A DNA stretch of 64,000 bases from Patescibacteria group bacterium (GCA_041665145.1 JBAYJK010000003.1:133177-197176), one strand, 5' to 3'; shown: positions 36,686 through 45,997, counted from the stretch's first letter. Notes: generated from the sequence alone by a model not told the origin. Made by a program: numbers and translations.

Positions 36686-37267
36686 TTAATATATGCACCA
36701 GTAACACGGTGTTGTTCCCCCGTTGGAGGTACACGTACCTACCGGCGGTGTTCCCGTGACAGTGTCCGTGGCAACCGCATAGCTACCGGACAACGTAACG
36801 TCCGTAAATTTCGTATTCTTATCAGCTTGCTGAAACGACTTTGACTGCGGCATAAAACAGACCAGTAATGTTGAATCTTGTACGGACATTGCCATGTTCG
36901 ACAATTGAGTCTGTGCAAGTTCATAAAAATTCGCTTTCAGCTCCCCTGCACCGATAAGCGGGCTCAGGTAGTTAGAAATAAATGTAAGATCGCTCATGTC
37001 CGGAATATTAACCGGTGCTCCAGGCTGACCTGCCGTCGCAGACGTAGGTACCGCCCATGTGGTCGGCCAGCTTGTCCGTTGTGCATAATAACGGATGCCT
37101 GCGTTATAAAACTCCTGGACCGTATTACGTACGCCAGTATCAGTACCTTTCTTAAATTGTTCAAATGGATCTATGGCCGCAAGAAGCGCTACAGCCAGTG
37201 TACCCAAAAGAGCAATTACGATCAAAAGCTCGATGAGTGTAAAACCTCTTTTGTTCATGGTTTTCAT
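36686..37267 (-). CDS. pilA: Major type IV pilin candidate
   Basis: MKTMNKRGF|TLIELLIVIALLGTLAVALLAAI. First gene of the pilin operon. S/T/G-rich C-terminus ending TCTSNGGTTPCYWCIY. Start at 37267 or 37258. Confidence 0.8.
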   Translation of the reverse strand: MKTMNKRGFTLIELLIVIALLGTLAVALLAAIDPFEQFKKGTDTGVRNTVQEFYNAGIRYYAQRTSWPTTWAVPTSATAGQPGAPVNIPDMSDLTFISNYLSPLIGAGELKANFYELAQTQLSNMAMSVQDSTLLVCFMPQSKSFQQADKNTKFTDVTLSGSYAVATDTVTGTPPVGTCTSNGGTTPCYWCIY

Positions 37268-37335
37268 ATAATTTTTAACAGTTACTACCAGCCTAGAAGA
37301 TATTCGGATGGTTGTCAAGAGTCATTTTTGACTGG

Positions 37336-37363
37336 TTGACATGTTACAAACAATCAGTACAAT
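37336..37363 (+). promoter_or_regulatory. pilB promoter: TTGACA-16 nt-TACAAT, with the -10 box 6 nt upstream of ATG 37370
   Basis: TTGACA at 37336-37341 and TACAAT at 37358-37363, read directly. Confidence 0.5.
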
Positions 37364-37369
37364 GAATGT

Positions 37370-39094
37370 ATGAGCGTATATTCAGTGAATAAATTTCTTG
37401 ATTACTTTGCCCAGAACAAATTAATCGACCCGAAGACTCTTGAGACGATCCAAATGGATATACTCAAGTCGGATATTTCAGCCGAGGAGTATCTGCGAAA
37501 AAAACGTCTCGCTTCGGAAAGCGAACTTATGAACGCAAAAGCTTTTGCACTCGGAGTTGAATTTATCGATCTTCAAAGCACCGCTGCTTCTCCTGAAGCG
37601 CTCAACCTGGTTCCCGAACTCATATCACGAGAATTTGATATTTTTCCGTTTGAATACGACCAGAAAAACGAATTGGTCAGAATTGCCAGTGAAGACCCTC
37701 TGAATCTTGAAACAATCAGCTTTCTCGAGAAGAAAACCGGAAAAAAAGTGCTCCCGTATCTGGCAACCAAAACAGATATCGATGACGCAATTCGTTTGCA
37801 ATACCGTCAGAACATCAGTCCTACCGTAGTAAATGCACTGCAGGAGAACACTCCGAAAGACAAGGATAAACAATTTGAGGTACAACGGAACAAAGATCAG
37901 ACTGTCGTAAAAGAGCCGCCCATAGCCCGTTTGGTAAATACAATTCTCGAGTATGCCGTGAAAGGAAGAGCCTCAGATATTCACATTGAACCTCAAGAAT
38001 TGAAAACCCGTGTCCGGTACCGGATTGACGGCATTCTCTACGAAAAACTCAGCCTTCCAAAATCCCTGCAAGACTCGCTTATTTCGCGCATCAAAATCCT
38101 TTCCGAAATGCGCATCGACGAGCGGCGTATTCCGCAAGACGGCCGATTTACGTTTAAAATCGGTGATCAGGAAGTTGATTTGCGTGTATCAAGCCTTCCG
38201 ACAGTGCACGGTGAAAAAATCGTTATGCGTTTGCTTAAAAAAACAGGAGGAATTCCGTCGTTGCCCGATCTAGGTTTGGGCAATGTCACCCTTCAAAACC
38301 TGGAAGCCGCAATTACAAAACCGTACGGCATTGTTCTTATCACCGGACCTACCGGATCCGGTAAAACAACAACACTGTATTCCATTTTGTCCCGATTAAA
38401 CAAGCCGAGTGTAAATATTATGACGCTCGAAGACCCTGTCGAATATGAAATTCCAGGTCTCAACCAAGTGCAAATACATCCACAGGCCGGCTTAACGTTT
38501 GCAACCGGACTCCGATCGTTTCTCAGACAAGATCCGAATATTATTCTCGTCGGAGAAATTCGTGATAAAGAGACAACTGCACTTGCAATTCAAGCCGCAC
38601 TTACCGGGCATCTTGTTTTCTCAACACTGCACACAAATGATGCAGCTACTGCCATACCGCGTTTAATAGACCTGGGAGCTGAACCGTTTCTTATCGCTTC
38701 CGTGCTTGCTGCAGTTGCGGGTCAGCGTATTTTGAGAAGAATATGTCAGAATTGCAAGATGAAGTACAACCCGACACCGGAGATCGAACAGGCAATCCGA
38801 AAAACGCTTGGAGAGCTTGTTCCTGCCGACTTTAAAGACAAGCCTCTGGAGTTATACAAAGGAAAAGGTTGTGATGAATGCGGAAGCAGCGGCTACTTCG
38901 GTCGGATTGGTATTTACGAGTTAATACCGGTAAATTCTCAAATCTCCCACCTTATATTAAAAAGTGCAACTGCAGGAGAAATAGAAACTGAGGCACGGAA
39001 ATACGGACTCATCACCATGAAACAAGACGGATTCCTCAAAGCGCTTTCCGGCATGACAACCATCGAAGAAGTTATGAGAGTTGCAGAAGAATAA
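37370..39094 (+). CDS. pilB: Type IV pilus assembly ATPase PilB (GspE family)
   Basis: Walker A ITGPTGSGKTTTLYS, Asp/His boxes, a C-terminal CxxC..CxxC tetracysteine motif (CQNC..CDEC) and an N-terminal GSPII domain. Confidence 0.95.
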   Translation: MSVYSVNKFLDYFAQNKLIDPKTLETIQMDILKSDISAEEYLRKKRLASESELMNAKAFALGVEFIDLQSTAASPEALNLVPELISREFDIFPFEYDQKNELVRIASEDPLNLETISFLEKKTGKKVLPYLATKTDIDDAIRLQYRQNISPTVVNALQENTPKDKDKQFEVQRNKDQTVVKEPPIARLVNTILEYAVKGRASDIHIEPQELKTRVRYRIDGILYEKLSLPKSLQDSLISRIKILSEMRIDERRIPQDGRFTFKIGDQEVDLRVSSLPTVHGEKIVMRLLKKTGGIPSLPDLGLGNVTLQNLEAAITKPYGIVLITGPTGSGKTTTLYSILSRLNKPSVNIMTLEDPVEYEIPGLNQVQIHPQAGLTFATGLRSFLRQDPNIILVGEIRDKETTALAIQAALTGHLVFSTLHTNDAATAIPRLIDLGAEPFLIASVLAAVAGQRILRRICQNCKMKYNPTPEIEQAIRKTLGELVPADFKDKPLELYKGKGCDECGSSGYFGRIGIYELIPVNSQISHLILKSATAGEIETEARKYGLITMKQDGFLKALSGMTTIEEVMRVAEE

Positions 39095-40154
39095 TATGGA
39101 AATAAATGCACAAGCACTACTGCAGGAGGTAATTAATCGGGAGGCATCGGATCTGCATATCATTCAAGGATACCCGCCAACCGTTCGCGTGAATGGACAA
39201 TTGATCCAATTGACCTTATACCCTGCTCTCACACCGAAAGACATTCAAACTTTTTTCTTGTCTTTCAGTTCTAAAGAACAGCAGGAATCTTTTTCCCTCA
39301 ACAAGGAACTTGACTTTGGTCTTGTGTTTCAGGATTATCGTTTCAGAGTCAACGCTTATTACGAACGGGACAGTATCGCAATCTCCTTGCGACTTATTCC
39401 CAAAAACATACGTACAATCGATCAGCTTGAGCTGCCCGCCATTCTGCACGAAATCAGTGACTTTCAACAGGGATTTGTTTTGCTTACGGGTCAGACAGGT
39501 CAGGGTAAATCGACAACGCTTGCCGGCATTTTGAATGAGATCAATTATAAACGTAAAGTTCACATCATAACAATCGAGGATCCTATTGAGTTCATGTATC
39601 CGAAAGGAAAATCGATCATTTCCCAGCGTGAAATTAAAAAAGACACGCTATCGTTCAATAAAGCGCTTCGATCCGTGCTTCGTGAAGACCCGGATATCAT
39701 CGTAATCGGAGAGATGCGTGACTACGAAACCATTTCCATCGCACTGACATTGGCAGAAACGGGACACCTTGTCTTTTCCACTCTGCATACCAATACAGCG
39801 CCACAGACAATTGACCGTATTATTGACGTTTTCCCCGAGGAGCAACAACCGCAGATTCGTACACAACTCGCGAACGTTCTCAAGAGTATCGTGTGCCAAC
39901 GTCTGGTACCAACCACCTTGGGTGATCAGCGTACCGTTGCGTGTGAAATTTTATTTAACAATACAGCCATTTCGTCACTCATCCGTGAAGGTAAGACCTA
40001 CCAGATTGACAACGTTATCCAAACGTCCGGCGAAGAAAAAATGATTATATTCGAGCGATACCTGAAAGCGCTCATTACCAATGCTAAGATCAGTCCTGAA
40101 ATTGCCCTCAAATACGCATTCAGACCCAAGTTAATGAAAGGTTTAATTTCGTAA
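39081..40154 (+). CDS. pilT: Twitching motility/retraction ATPase PilT
   Basis: ASDLHIIQGYPPTVRVNG, LLTGQTGQGKSTTLA and GHLVFSTLHTN. 357 aa. Confidence 0.9.
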   Translation: MQKNNMEINAQALLQEVINREASDLHIIQGYPPTVRVNGQLIQLTLYPALTPKDIQTFFLSFSSKEQQESFSLNKELDFGLVFQDYRFRVNAYYERDSIAISLRLIPKNIRTIDQLELPAILHEISDFQQGFVLLTGQTGQGKSTTLAGILNEINYKRKVHIITIEDPIEFMYPKGKSIISQREIKKDTLSFNKALRSVLREDPDIIVIGEMRDYETISIALTLAETGHLVFSTLHTNTAPQTIDRIIDVFPEEQQPQIRTQLANVLKSIVCQRLVPTTLGDQRTVACEILFNNTAISSLIREGKTYQIDNVIQTSGEEKMIIFERYLKALITNAKISPEIALKYAFRPKLMKGLIS

Positions 40155-40155
40155 T

Positions 40156-41373
40156 ATGCTTTTTGAATATACGGCGATCGACCTGCACCACCGGAAAATA
40201 CGTGGAATACTCGAGGGGGTGAATGAACAGGAAGTCAAATTGCTGTTGAAAGAAAAAAAACTATTCATTATTGCGATCGAGGAAAAAAGGACCGTGTTTC
40301 CTTTTCAAATTGGTCAGAAACAAAAAGGGAAATTGAACTTCAATCAACTAGTGGACTTTACCCGTCAAATGGGTATTATGATTAATGCCGGCTTAAGTAT
40401 CGTTGATGCTCTCAGCATTATGTCGACCCAGTCGACTAATTTTAACGAAAAGCTGGTTATCACCAAACTGGAAGATCACATCAAAAGCGGTAACACGCTT
40501 TCCGGGGCAATGCATGATTTTCCCGAAACATTCCCATCATATTATCTGTCGTTGATCAAGGCCGGAGAATCTTCAGGGAAGTTAGATGACGTTTTTATGC
40601 GACTTGCCGATAACTTGGAAAAATCAAAAGAATTCCGCGGCAAAGTGATGGGTGCACTCATCTACCCCATTGTTGTCGTTATTGCAATTGTCGTCGTCGC
40701 TTTCATTATGATGACGTTCGTTTTGCCGAAGTTGCTTGACCTTTATAAAAACTTCAATGTCGAGCTGCCGATTACTACCAAATTCATTATGGCTGTCTCC
40801 AAGTTCTGTCAGGACTTCTGGCCTCTGATCATTGTTGCTTCTATCGTATCTGTAGTTGGTCTGAAATCAGTTTTGAAAAACCCGAAATACCGTAAAAAGA
40901 TGGATCGTTATATGCTTAAAATACCTGTTTTCGGCAGTATTATCAAAAAATCTATTTTGGTTGAGGCAACACGAACTCTCGGTGTTCTGATCCGGTCGGG
41001 CGTACCGATTTTAGAAGGAATTGACATTATCAAAAATACAACAGACAATGAAGTTTACCGCGATGCGTTTGCCATGATTCATTTATCCGTAGAAAAAGGT
41101 CGGACACTCGGTGACGCGCTTGCAGACACCGATTTATTCCCATCGATTATGATCCAGATGGCATCGGTCGGTGAGCGATCGGGAAAAATGGATGAAACGC
41201 TTTTTCGGTTGTCAAACTACTTTCAGATGGAAACGGAAATTGCGGTGAAAACTGCTACTACGCTGATTGAACCGGCAATCCTGGTAGTTTTAGGTTTGGG
41301 AGTCGGGTTTTTAGTCGTCTCGGTACTTACCCCAATTTATAACCTCACATCTTCCTTCGGCGCCGCACAATAG
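40156..41373 (+). CDS. pilC: Type IV pilus platform protein PilC (GspF family)
   Basis: Two GspF repeats with 3 TMs (FTRQMGIMINAGLSIVDAL.., ATRTLGVLIRSGVPILEGI..). 405 aa. Confidence 0.9.
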   Translation: MLFEYTAIDLHHRKIRGILEGVNEQEVKLLLKEKKLFIIAIEEKRTVFPFQIGQKQKGKLNFNQLVDFTRQMGIMINAGLSIVDALSIMSTQSTNFNEKLVITKLEDHIKSGNTLSGAMHDFPETFPSYYLSLIKAGESSGKLDDVFMRLADNLEKSKEFRGKVMGALIYPIVVVIAIVVVAFIMMTFVLPKLLDLYKNFNVELPITTKFIMAVSKFCQDFWPLIIVASIVSVVGLKSVLKNPKYRKKMDRYMLKIPVFGSIIKKSILVEATRTLGVLIRSGVPILEGIDIIKNTTDNEVYRDAFAMIHLSVEKGRTLGDALADTDLFPSIMIQMASVGERSGKMDETLFRLSNYFQMETEIAVKTATTLIEPAILVVLGLGVGFLVVSVLTPIYNLTSSFGAAQ

Positions 41374-41412
41374 TCTTTACTGTCTGGCACATGCAGATTT
41401 GTTTGGGAGATT

Positions 41413-44400
41413 TCAGGTCCTTCTGATAAAAAACATCACCAACAGGATAAGTGTTGCGGGTATTAAAGATACTCCGATCACTACCGGAATCAGGTTTGAA
41501 TCCTTTTTTTCTACAATGACATGCAGATCAAAGCGTGCGACGTTTCCTTTTAAGTTTATCGCTTGTTCACCTTTATAATCGTCGTATGCGATAAGCACTC
41601 TATGATTTCCCGAAGCAACGTTTTTGAATACTGCAATGCCGCGAGTATCTGTTTGTTGGACTTGAACTTTCGAATGAATTGTAACAGTTGCACCGGCTAC
41701 TGGTTTTTTGTTGGTATCTACGACCGCTACTTTCAGTTCGTAACCGGTTCCGAGAACTTCAGATTTATCCTTTTCTTGCGCCGGTTTCGAAGTTTTACCA
41801 TCATCAGGACAATCGTACCGGAGCTCCCATCCGACGTTAATGTTTTTTGTGTCTTTGAGGGATGGATAGTGAGAAAGGTTTGCCGTAACCAACTCCTGAT
41901 ATTTTTCACCCGCTCCAAACAACTTTTCGGCAATTGACCACAGCGTGTCACCAGACGTAACCGTATACAGACTGCATACAAGGGGCGTGGCAGTTAATGT
42001 TGAGTCGACAAATTTAAGTTCCCGAATGAGAGTCGGACTCGAAGTCGTGGCGGAAATTTCATTTGACCACTCGCCTGTCTTACAACCGTTCACTGCGCGT
42101 ATTCGAAAATAATAGGTCGTTCCGCTCTGCAGCGATTTCACTATATATTCGGAAGTGCCTTTACCTCCGATAGTATCGGCACCATACGTATAATTTCCGG
42201 ATGACTCTCCAAATTGCAACGAATAGTGATCCGTCGGATCAGATGCCGCTGAAAATTGTAACCTGATCGAATGATCATCCATGATAACCGCAGAATATAT
42301 TCCGGGAACAGTTTTCCCTACATCCTGATCACTGCACACAGGAGCAGCGACAGAACTCGATGTCTGGGAAACAGTTGAACTTGGCGCATGTGAGACAGGT
42401 GTCGGTGATGCATCAGGCAACGGAATTGGGGTAACCGTTGGGGTTGGTGTCGACGTAGGTGTGGAAGTGGGCAAAACTGTCGGAGTTGCTTCAAGTATGG
42501 ATACTAAATGTTGAATGTGGAACATATCTCCGCGTACGAAATTGGGCGCATCAAGGAAACTGCGGAGCTTTTGCCGACTTGCCCCGAGAATCCACGCCTG
42601 CGCATTAAAGAGAGCGTCGTAATCGTACAGTGTTTCAACAGAACTTTCACCATACGCTTGACTGTAAAACCCGATCATCCAGTACGGCGCCACGGTGTTA
42701 TACAGATTATATGCTGTCAGCATTGTGCTGCTGATATTTTGGGACAAGTGCGCACCTAATTCAGGGGTTAGGAACATAAAATTTCTTGCCACTGCGATAC
42801 TTCTCTGACTGTTGTGTGAATCCGGGCTAAACGGAAAATTAAGAGTGACCGGAAAGTTGCTGACACGAAGAGCTAATAATCGGTTCAACTCCGTCTCTTG
42901 CGTAGCATAGGGTTGATTTGCAAGTTTTGCAAGCTCTACATACCCTTTGTATCCGGCGATCCACGCGTTGAGAGCTTCGGGATACGCTTCGAGAGTTGTG
43001 TCAGACGGCGGAGTTCCGAGCTTGCCACTACAGGAAGTAAACAGTGTTGCAGGATTTGCTCCCGTGTTTTGTGCATATTTCCACACAGCATATAACGGAT
43101 ACGGCGGCCATGCCCACCCTGCAAAATTAGTACCCCAATCGGCAGGGTTTGTTCCGGTATTGATTTCAACATCCGGAGGGAGGTCAAAACCGGCAAGCGC
43201 CGACCCCATGGAATTTCTGCTTGCTCCACCCCAACCGTTATTACGATAGGTACACGGAGAATAGCTTGCCATCTCGGATTGCAAGTATGTCTGAATTGAA
43301 GTTTGTAGACCCGACGACACATGGGGGTATGCGTTTGAGAGGGCGAGAACAGTATCTGCGGTATTATGAAAATAATCCGTCAGATCGTCTCCGTATTGCT
43401 CAAGAGTCGCTGGATCAAACCCGCCGTGAGTACTGTATCCGGGACGTAAATGCCCGGCCGCAATCACTTTTGTGATTTCATTTTCGAGGCGTGCCGTGAT
43501 ATCTGCCGTATCAACTTCCGGGAGACCTTGGGAAGTCGAAGTCACCGTCGCATCAGGAAGTTGTAACCCACCACCCGCTGCTGAAAAAACAACAATGGCA
43601 TTTCCTTCTTTCGTATAGACTCTTCCCGTACTATCACTCGCAATATACGGAATGGGTGGACTCTGTTCGCCATGATAGCCGTATACGCCATTCTGACCGA
43701 GAGCTGCCCCATTGTAACCGGTCCCAGCTGTTTTTGAACCAAAAACTTCAACGGATTTGTCTTGGTCGGTACCCATGGTTTTGATGTTGTAGCCGGGAGC
43801 TTGAGAATCTATTCCTGCATACTCATAGTACAACCAATTTGTTCCCGTAGTGGTATGTGCTGCCCCGACTGCACGATCACAACACATAGAGTAGTAAATT
43901 ACGTTTCCTCCGGCTGAAAAAGCGATCGGTTCATCATTTGCCCGCGTCTGAGTGAATGGTGTTTTGATGTACGGTGTACCGATATCCCACCCGACAGCGT
44001 GCCCCCGTGTTACTGAAACGGTATTCACAAAATACGTATTTGCAAGATAAATCAGATTGTCCCCGCCGATGACAGCAGGGTAGCGCATCCCACTACGCGT
44101 GCCTGTCCAGAAAAACGGAGCGTAATCGGCACTCCCGTTGCTGTTGATATCAAACGTAACTTCACCCCCTGATGTGGCATCCAGAACAAAGACCGTTCTT
44201 CTCCACGGTTTGTGATTGTCCCGCGCTAAGCCATTTGGATCACTAGATTGTTCCAAAGCAGTTGGTGTTTCCCAATACGCAGCTGCTGAAGAAATATCCA
44301 TAAGTTGTTGACCGTCACGCGGTCCGATTTCGCCGCTGGTCCCGTACGTCGGCCCAAGAAACTCGTTAGCATCCAAGTTTTGCAGATCTACATAGTTGGA

Positions 44401-45237
44401 GCCGGGAAGTTTCATTCTGTACGGTTGGTTCCCCGTAAAAATAAGCGTGTCGGTACCGGAATGAGGATTGGTATAAATAACCGGCCACCATGTCTGCATA
44501 AGTGTTACTGGCAGTTTACTTGCGGATTTCCAAACGAGTGTACCGTTTGTCGCATTCAACGCATACGCAAAAGAATCTGAAGCTGCGAAATACAAAATGC
44601 TGTTTTTATAAGCCGCTGAAATGTTAATCGGGTGTCCTACATTGTATCTCCAATCCAATTCTCCCTTGTTTACTGCATCATCGTTCGAGTAAATAGAGTA
44701 GAAATAACCGTCCCTATTCCCCAAATAGACACGGTTACCGACGACAACGGGGTTTGTTACATAACCCTGCCCCGCTCCGTCGTACGACCACAGTTTTTGG
44801 CCGTTGGTAATGTCGATTGCGTAGAGTCTTTTATCCACTCCTCCCACATATGCCACGCCGTTTACGATAGTCGGCGAATTTCCCAACGACATTTCCGTCG
44901 GAAAAACCCATTTAACACTTCCGGTAATTGCGTCCAGTGCGTACAACCCGCGGGAAGTAGAAACATATAAGGTGTCATCTATGACAACCAGTTGCACATT
45001 GTGTGGAATATACGCATCAAACGGTTTGTACCATTCTACGGATAACTGACCCGACACCTCCGCCGCCGTCCACGATGTCCGCTGCAAGTTTGCACCTGCC
45101 ATGTACCATGTATCGGTGAGATTGTCGCTCGCCTGAACATCCTGAGTTTTCCTCAATAAGAAGTTGCTGACAAAAAGAGAAATGACGCCTACCGCCACAA
45201 AAGTCATAAGGATATGGAAAGCAATTTTTTCTCGCAT
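41413..45237 (-). CDS. Giant membrane-anchored surface protein: PQQ-like beta-propeller, unassigned ~550-aa domain, P/T linker, FN3, LysM, CarboxypepD_reg-like, C-terminal TM
   Basis: PQQ-like repeats (LYALDAITGSVKW, LYAIDITNGQKLW, FAYALNATNGTLVW). PTSTPTSTPTPTVTPIP linker. FN3-like YYFRIRAVNGCKTGEWS. LysM YTVTSGDTLWSIAEKLFG. TMs at both ends. Confidence 0.8.
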   Translation of the reverse strand: MREKIAFHILMTFVAVGVISLFVSNFLLRKTQDVQASDNLTDTWYMAGANLQRTSWTAAEVSGQLSVEWYKPFDAYIPHNVQLVVIDDTLYVSTSRGLYALDAITGSVKWVFPTEMSLGNSPTIVNGVAYVGGVDKRLYAIDITNGQKLWSYDGAGQGYVTNPVVVGNRVYLGNRDGYFYSIYSNDDAVNKGELDWRYNVGHPINISAAYKNSILYFAASDSFAYALNATNGTLVWKSASKLPVTLMQTWWPVIYTNPHSGTDTLIFTGNQPYRMKLPGSNYVDLQNLDANEFLGPTYGTSGEIGPRDGQQLMDISSAAAYWETPTALEQSSDPNGLARDNHKPWRRTVFVLDATSGGEVTFDINSNGSADYAPFFWTGTRSGMRYPAVIGGDNLIYLANTYFVNTVSVTRGHAVGWDIGTPYIKTPFTQTRANDEPIAFSAGGNVIYYSMCCDRAVGAAHTTTGTNWLYYEYAGIDSQAPGYNIKTMGTDQDKSVEVFGSKTAGTGYNGAALGQNGVYGYHGEQSPPIPYIASDSTGRVYTKEGNAIVVFSAAGGGLQLPDATVTSTSQGLPEVDTADITARLENEITKVIAAGHLRPGYSTHGGFDPATLEQYGDDLTDYFHNTADTVLALSNAYPHVSSGLQTSIQTYLQSEMASYSPCTYRNNGWGGASRNSMGSALAGFDLPPDVEINTGTNPADWGTNFAGWAWPPYPLYAVWKYAQNTGANPATLFTSCSGKLGTPPSDTTLEAYPEALNAWIAGYKGYVELAKLANQPYATQETELNRLLALRVSNFPVTLNFPFSPDSHNSQRSIAVARNFMFLTPELGAHLSQNISSTMLTAYNLYNTVAPYWMIGFYSQAYGESSVETLYDYDALFNAQAWILGASRQKLRSFLDAPNFVRGDMFHIQHLVSILEATPTVLPTSTPTSTPTPTVTPIPLPDASPTPVSHAPSSTVSQTSSSVAAPVCSDQDVGKTVPGIYSAVIMDDHSIRLQFSAASDPTDHYSLQFGESSGNYTYGADTIGGKGTSEYIVKSLQSGTTYYFRIRAVNGCKTGEWSNEISATTSSPTLIRELKFVDSTLTATPLVCSLYTVTSGDTLWSIAEKLFGAGEKYQELVTANLSHYPSLKDTKNINVGWELRYDCPDDGKTSKPAQEKDKSEVLGTGYELKVAVVDTNKKPVAGATVTIHSKVQVQQTDTRGIAVFKNVASGNHRVLIAYDDYKGEQAINLKGNVARFDLHVIVEKKDSNLIPVVIGVSLIPATLILLVMFFIRRT

Positions 45238-45245
45238 TTAGAAAC

Positions 45246-45251
45246 ATTGTA
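45246..45251 (-). promoter_or_regulatory. -10 box TACAAT, 8 nt upstream of ATG 45237
   Basis: Minus strand reads TACAAT-gtttctaa-ATG. Confidence 0.4.
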
Positions 45252-45278
45252 TAACTTTTGTGACGAACATCACTAAAA

Positions 45279-45884
45279 TTATAACTGAGTTTTCAATAAA
45301 TGCGCAAGTCCGTATTTATAGAAAAAATCATTTGGATCCTCATTTGCATAGTATAAGGGTGCCATTTGCTGATATTGAACGATTAGCGTCTCAATCCATT
45401 TTTTTCCCGCATTTAAAATATACGCTTTACGTTTTTCAGGCGAAGCAATGTGACCACATCCACTTGTCCAGTTAATCGTGGCACTGGCGTTTTCAGCATA
45501 GTTTTCTAGCCCTCCCCAACCACAGTTCAACCAGACTAATGTACGTGCTAACTTAAGGGATGCGCCGTCGAAAGTAAGTCTTGTATCAAAATCAACAGGG
45601 TAACAGGCAATTCTCGAAAGGTCTTCATGAGCAGTAATAATGTTCATATCAACTCTCAGATAAGGGAATACCACTTTACCTCCTGTTGCATTACGACCGC
45701 TGGAAAACCAGTTTATCGTAGTATCAATCGGAAGCGCTGTTCCAAGACGGTAGATGACGTTGAAATAGGGTCCGGTAAAACGAAATCGAAGTGGGTTACC
45801 ATTGAATTTTCTTCCAAAAGCTAACCTAACCTGGTTAACATACTTTGCTTTGTCTAAGAAGGATGGTAATTTTTCGGCTGTCAT
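45279..45884 (-). CDS. Hypothetical protein (201 aa)
   Basis: Long ORF with no motif recognised. Start trimmed to ATG 45884, because the track's TTG start (45914) would translate tRNA-like repeat DNA. Confidence 0.5.
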   Translation of the reverse strand: MTAEKLPSFLDKAKYVNQVRLAFGRKFNGNPLRFRFTGPYFNVIYRLGTALPIDTTINWFSSGRNATGGKVVFPYLRVDMNIITAHEDLSRIACYPVDFDTRLTFDGASLKLARTLVWLNCGWGGLENYAENASATINWTSGCGHIASPEKRKAYILNAGKKWIETLIVQYQQMAPLYYANEDPNDFFYKYGLAHLLKTQL

Positions 45885-45890
45885 GTGTAA

Positions 45891-45950
45891 TGGTGGGTCA
45901 GCTAAGCTGACCAATCACCACGCTGAGCGTGGTGGGTCCAGCGGGACTTG
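45891..45950 (-). repeat. Direct-inverted-direct copies of the tRNA-Lys 3' terminus, forming two triloop hairpins
   Basis: Minus strand: CAAGTCCCGCTGGACCCACCA (45930-45950), hairpin CACCACGC-TCA-GCGTGGTG (45916-45934), hairpin GGTCAGC-TTA-GCTGACC (45896-45912), then GCTGACCCACCA (45891-45902). Confidence 0.8.
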
Positions 45951-45997
45951 CTCAACTGACCGTTGACGAGCCTTCAGGAGTCTTACGGGCAGTTAGT

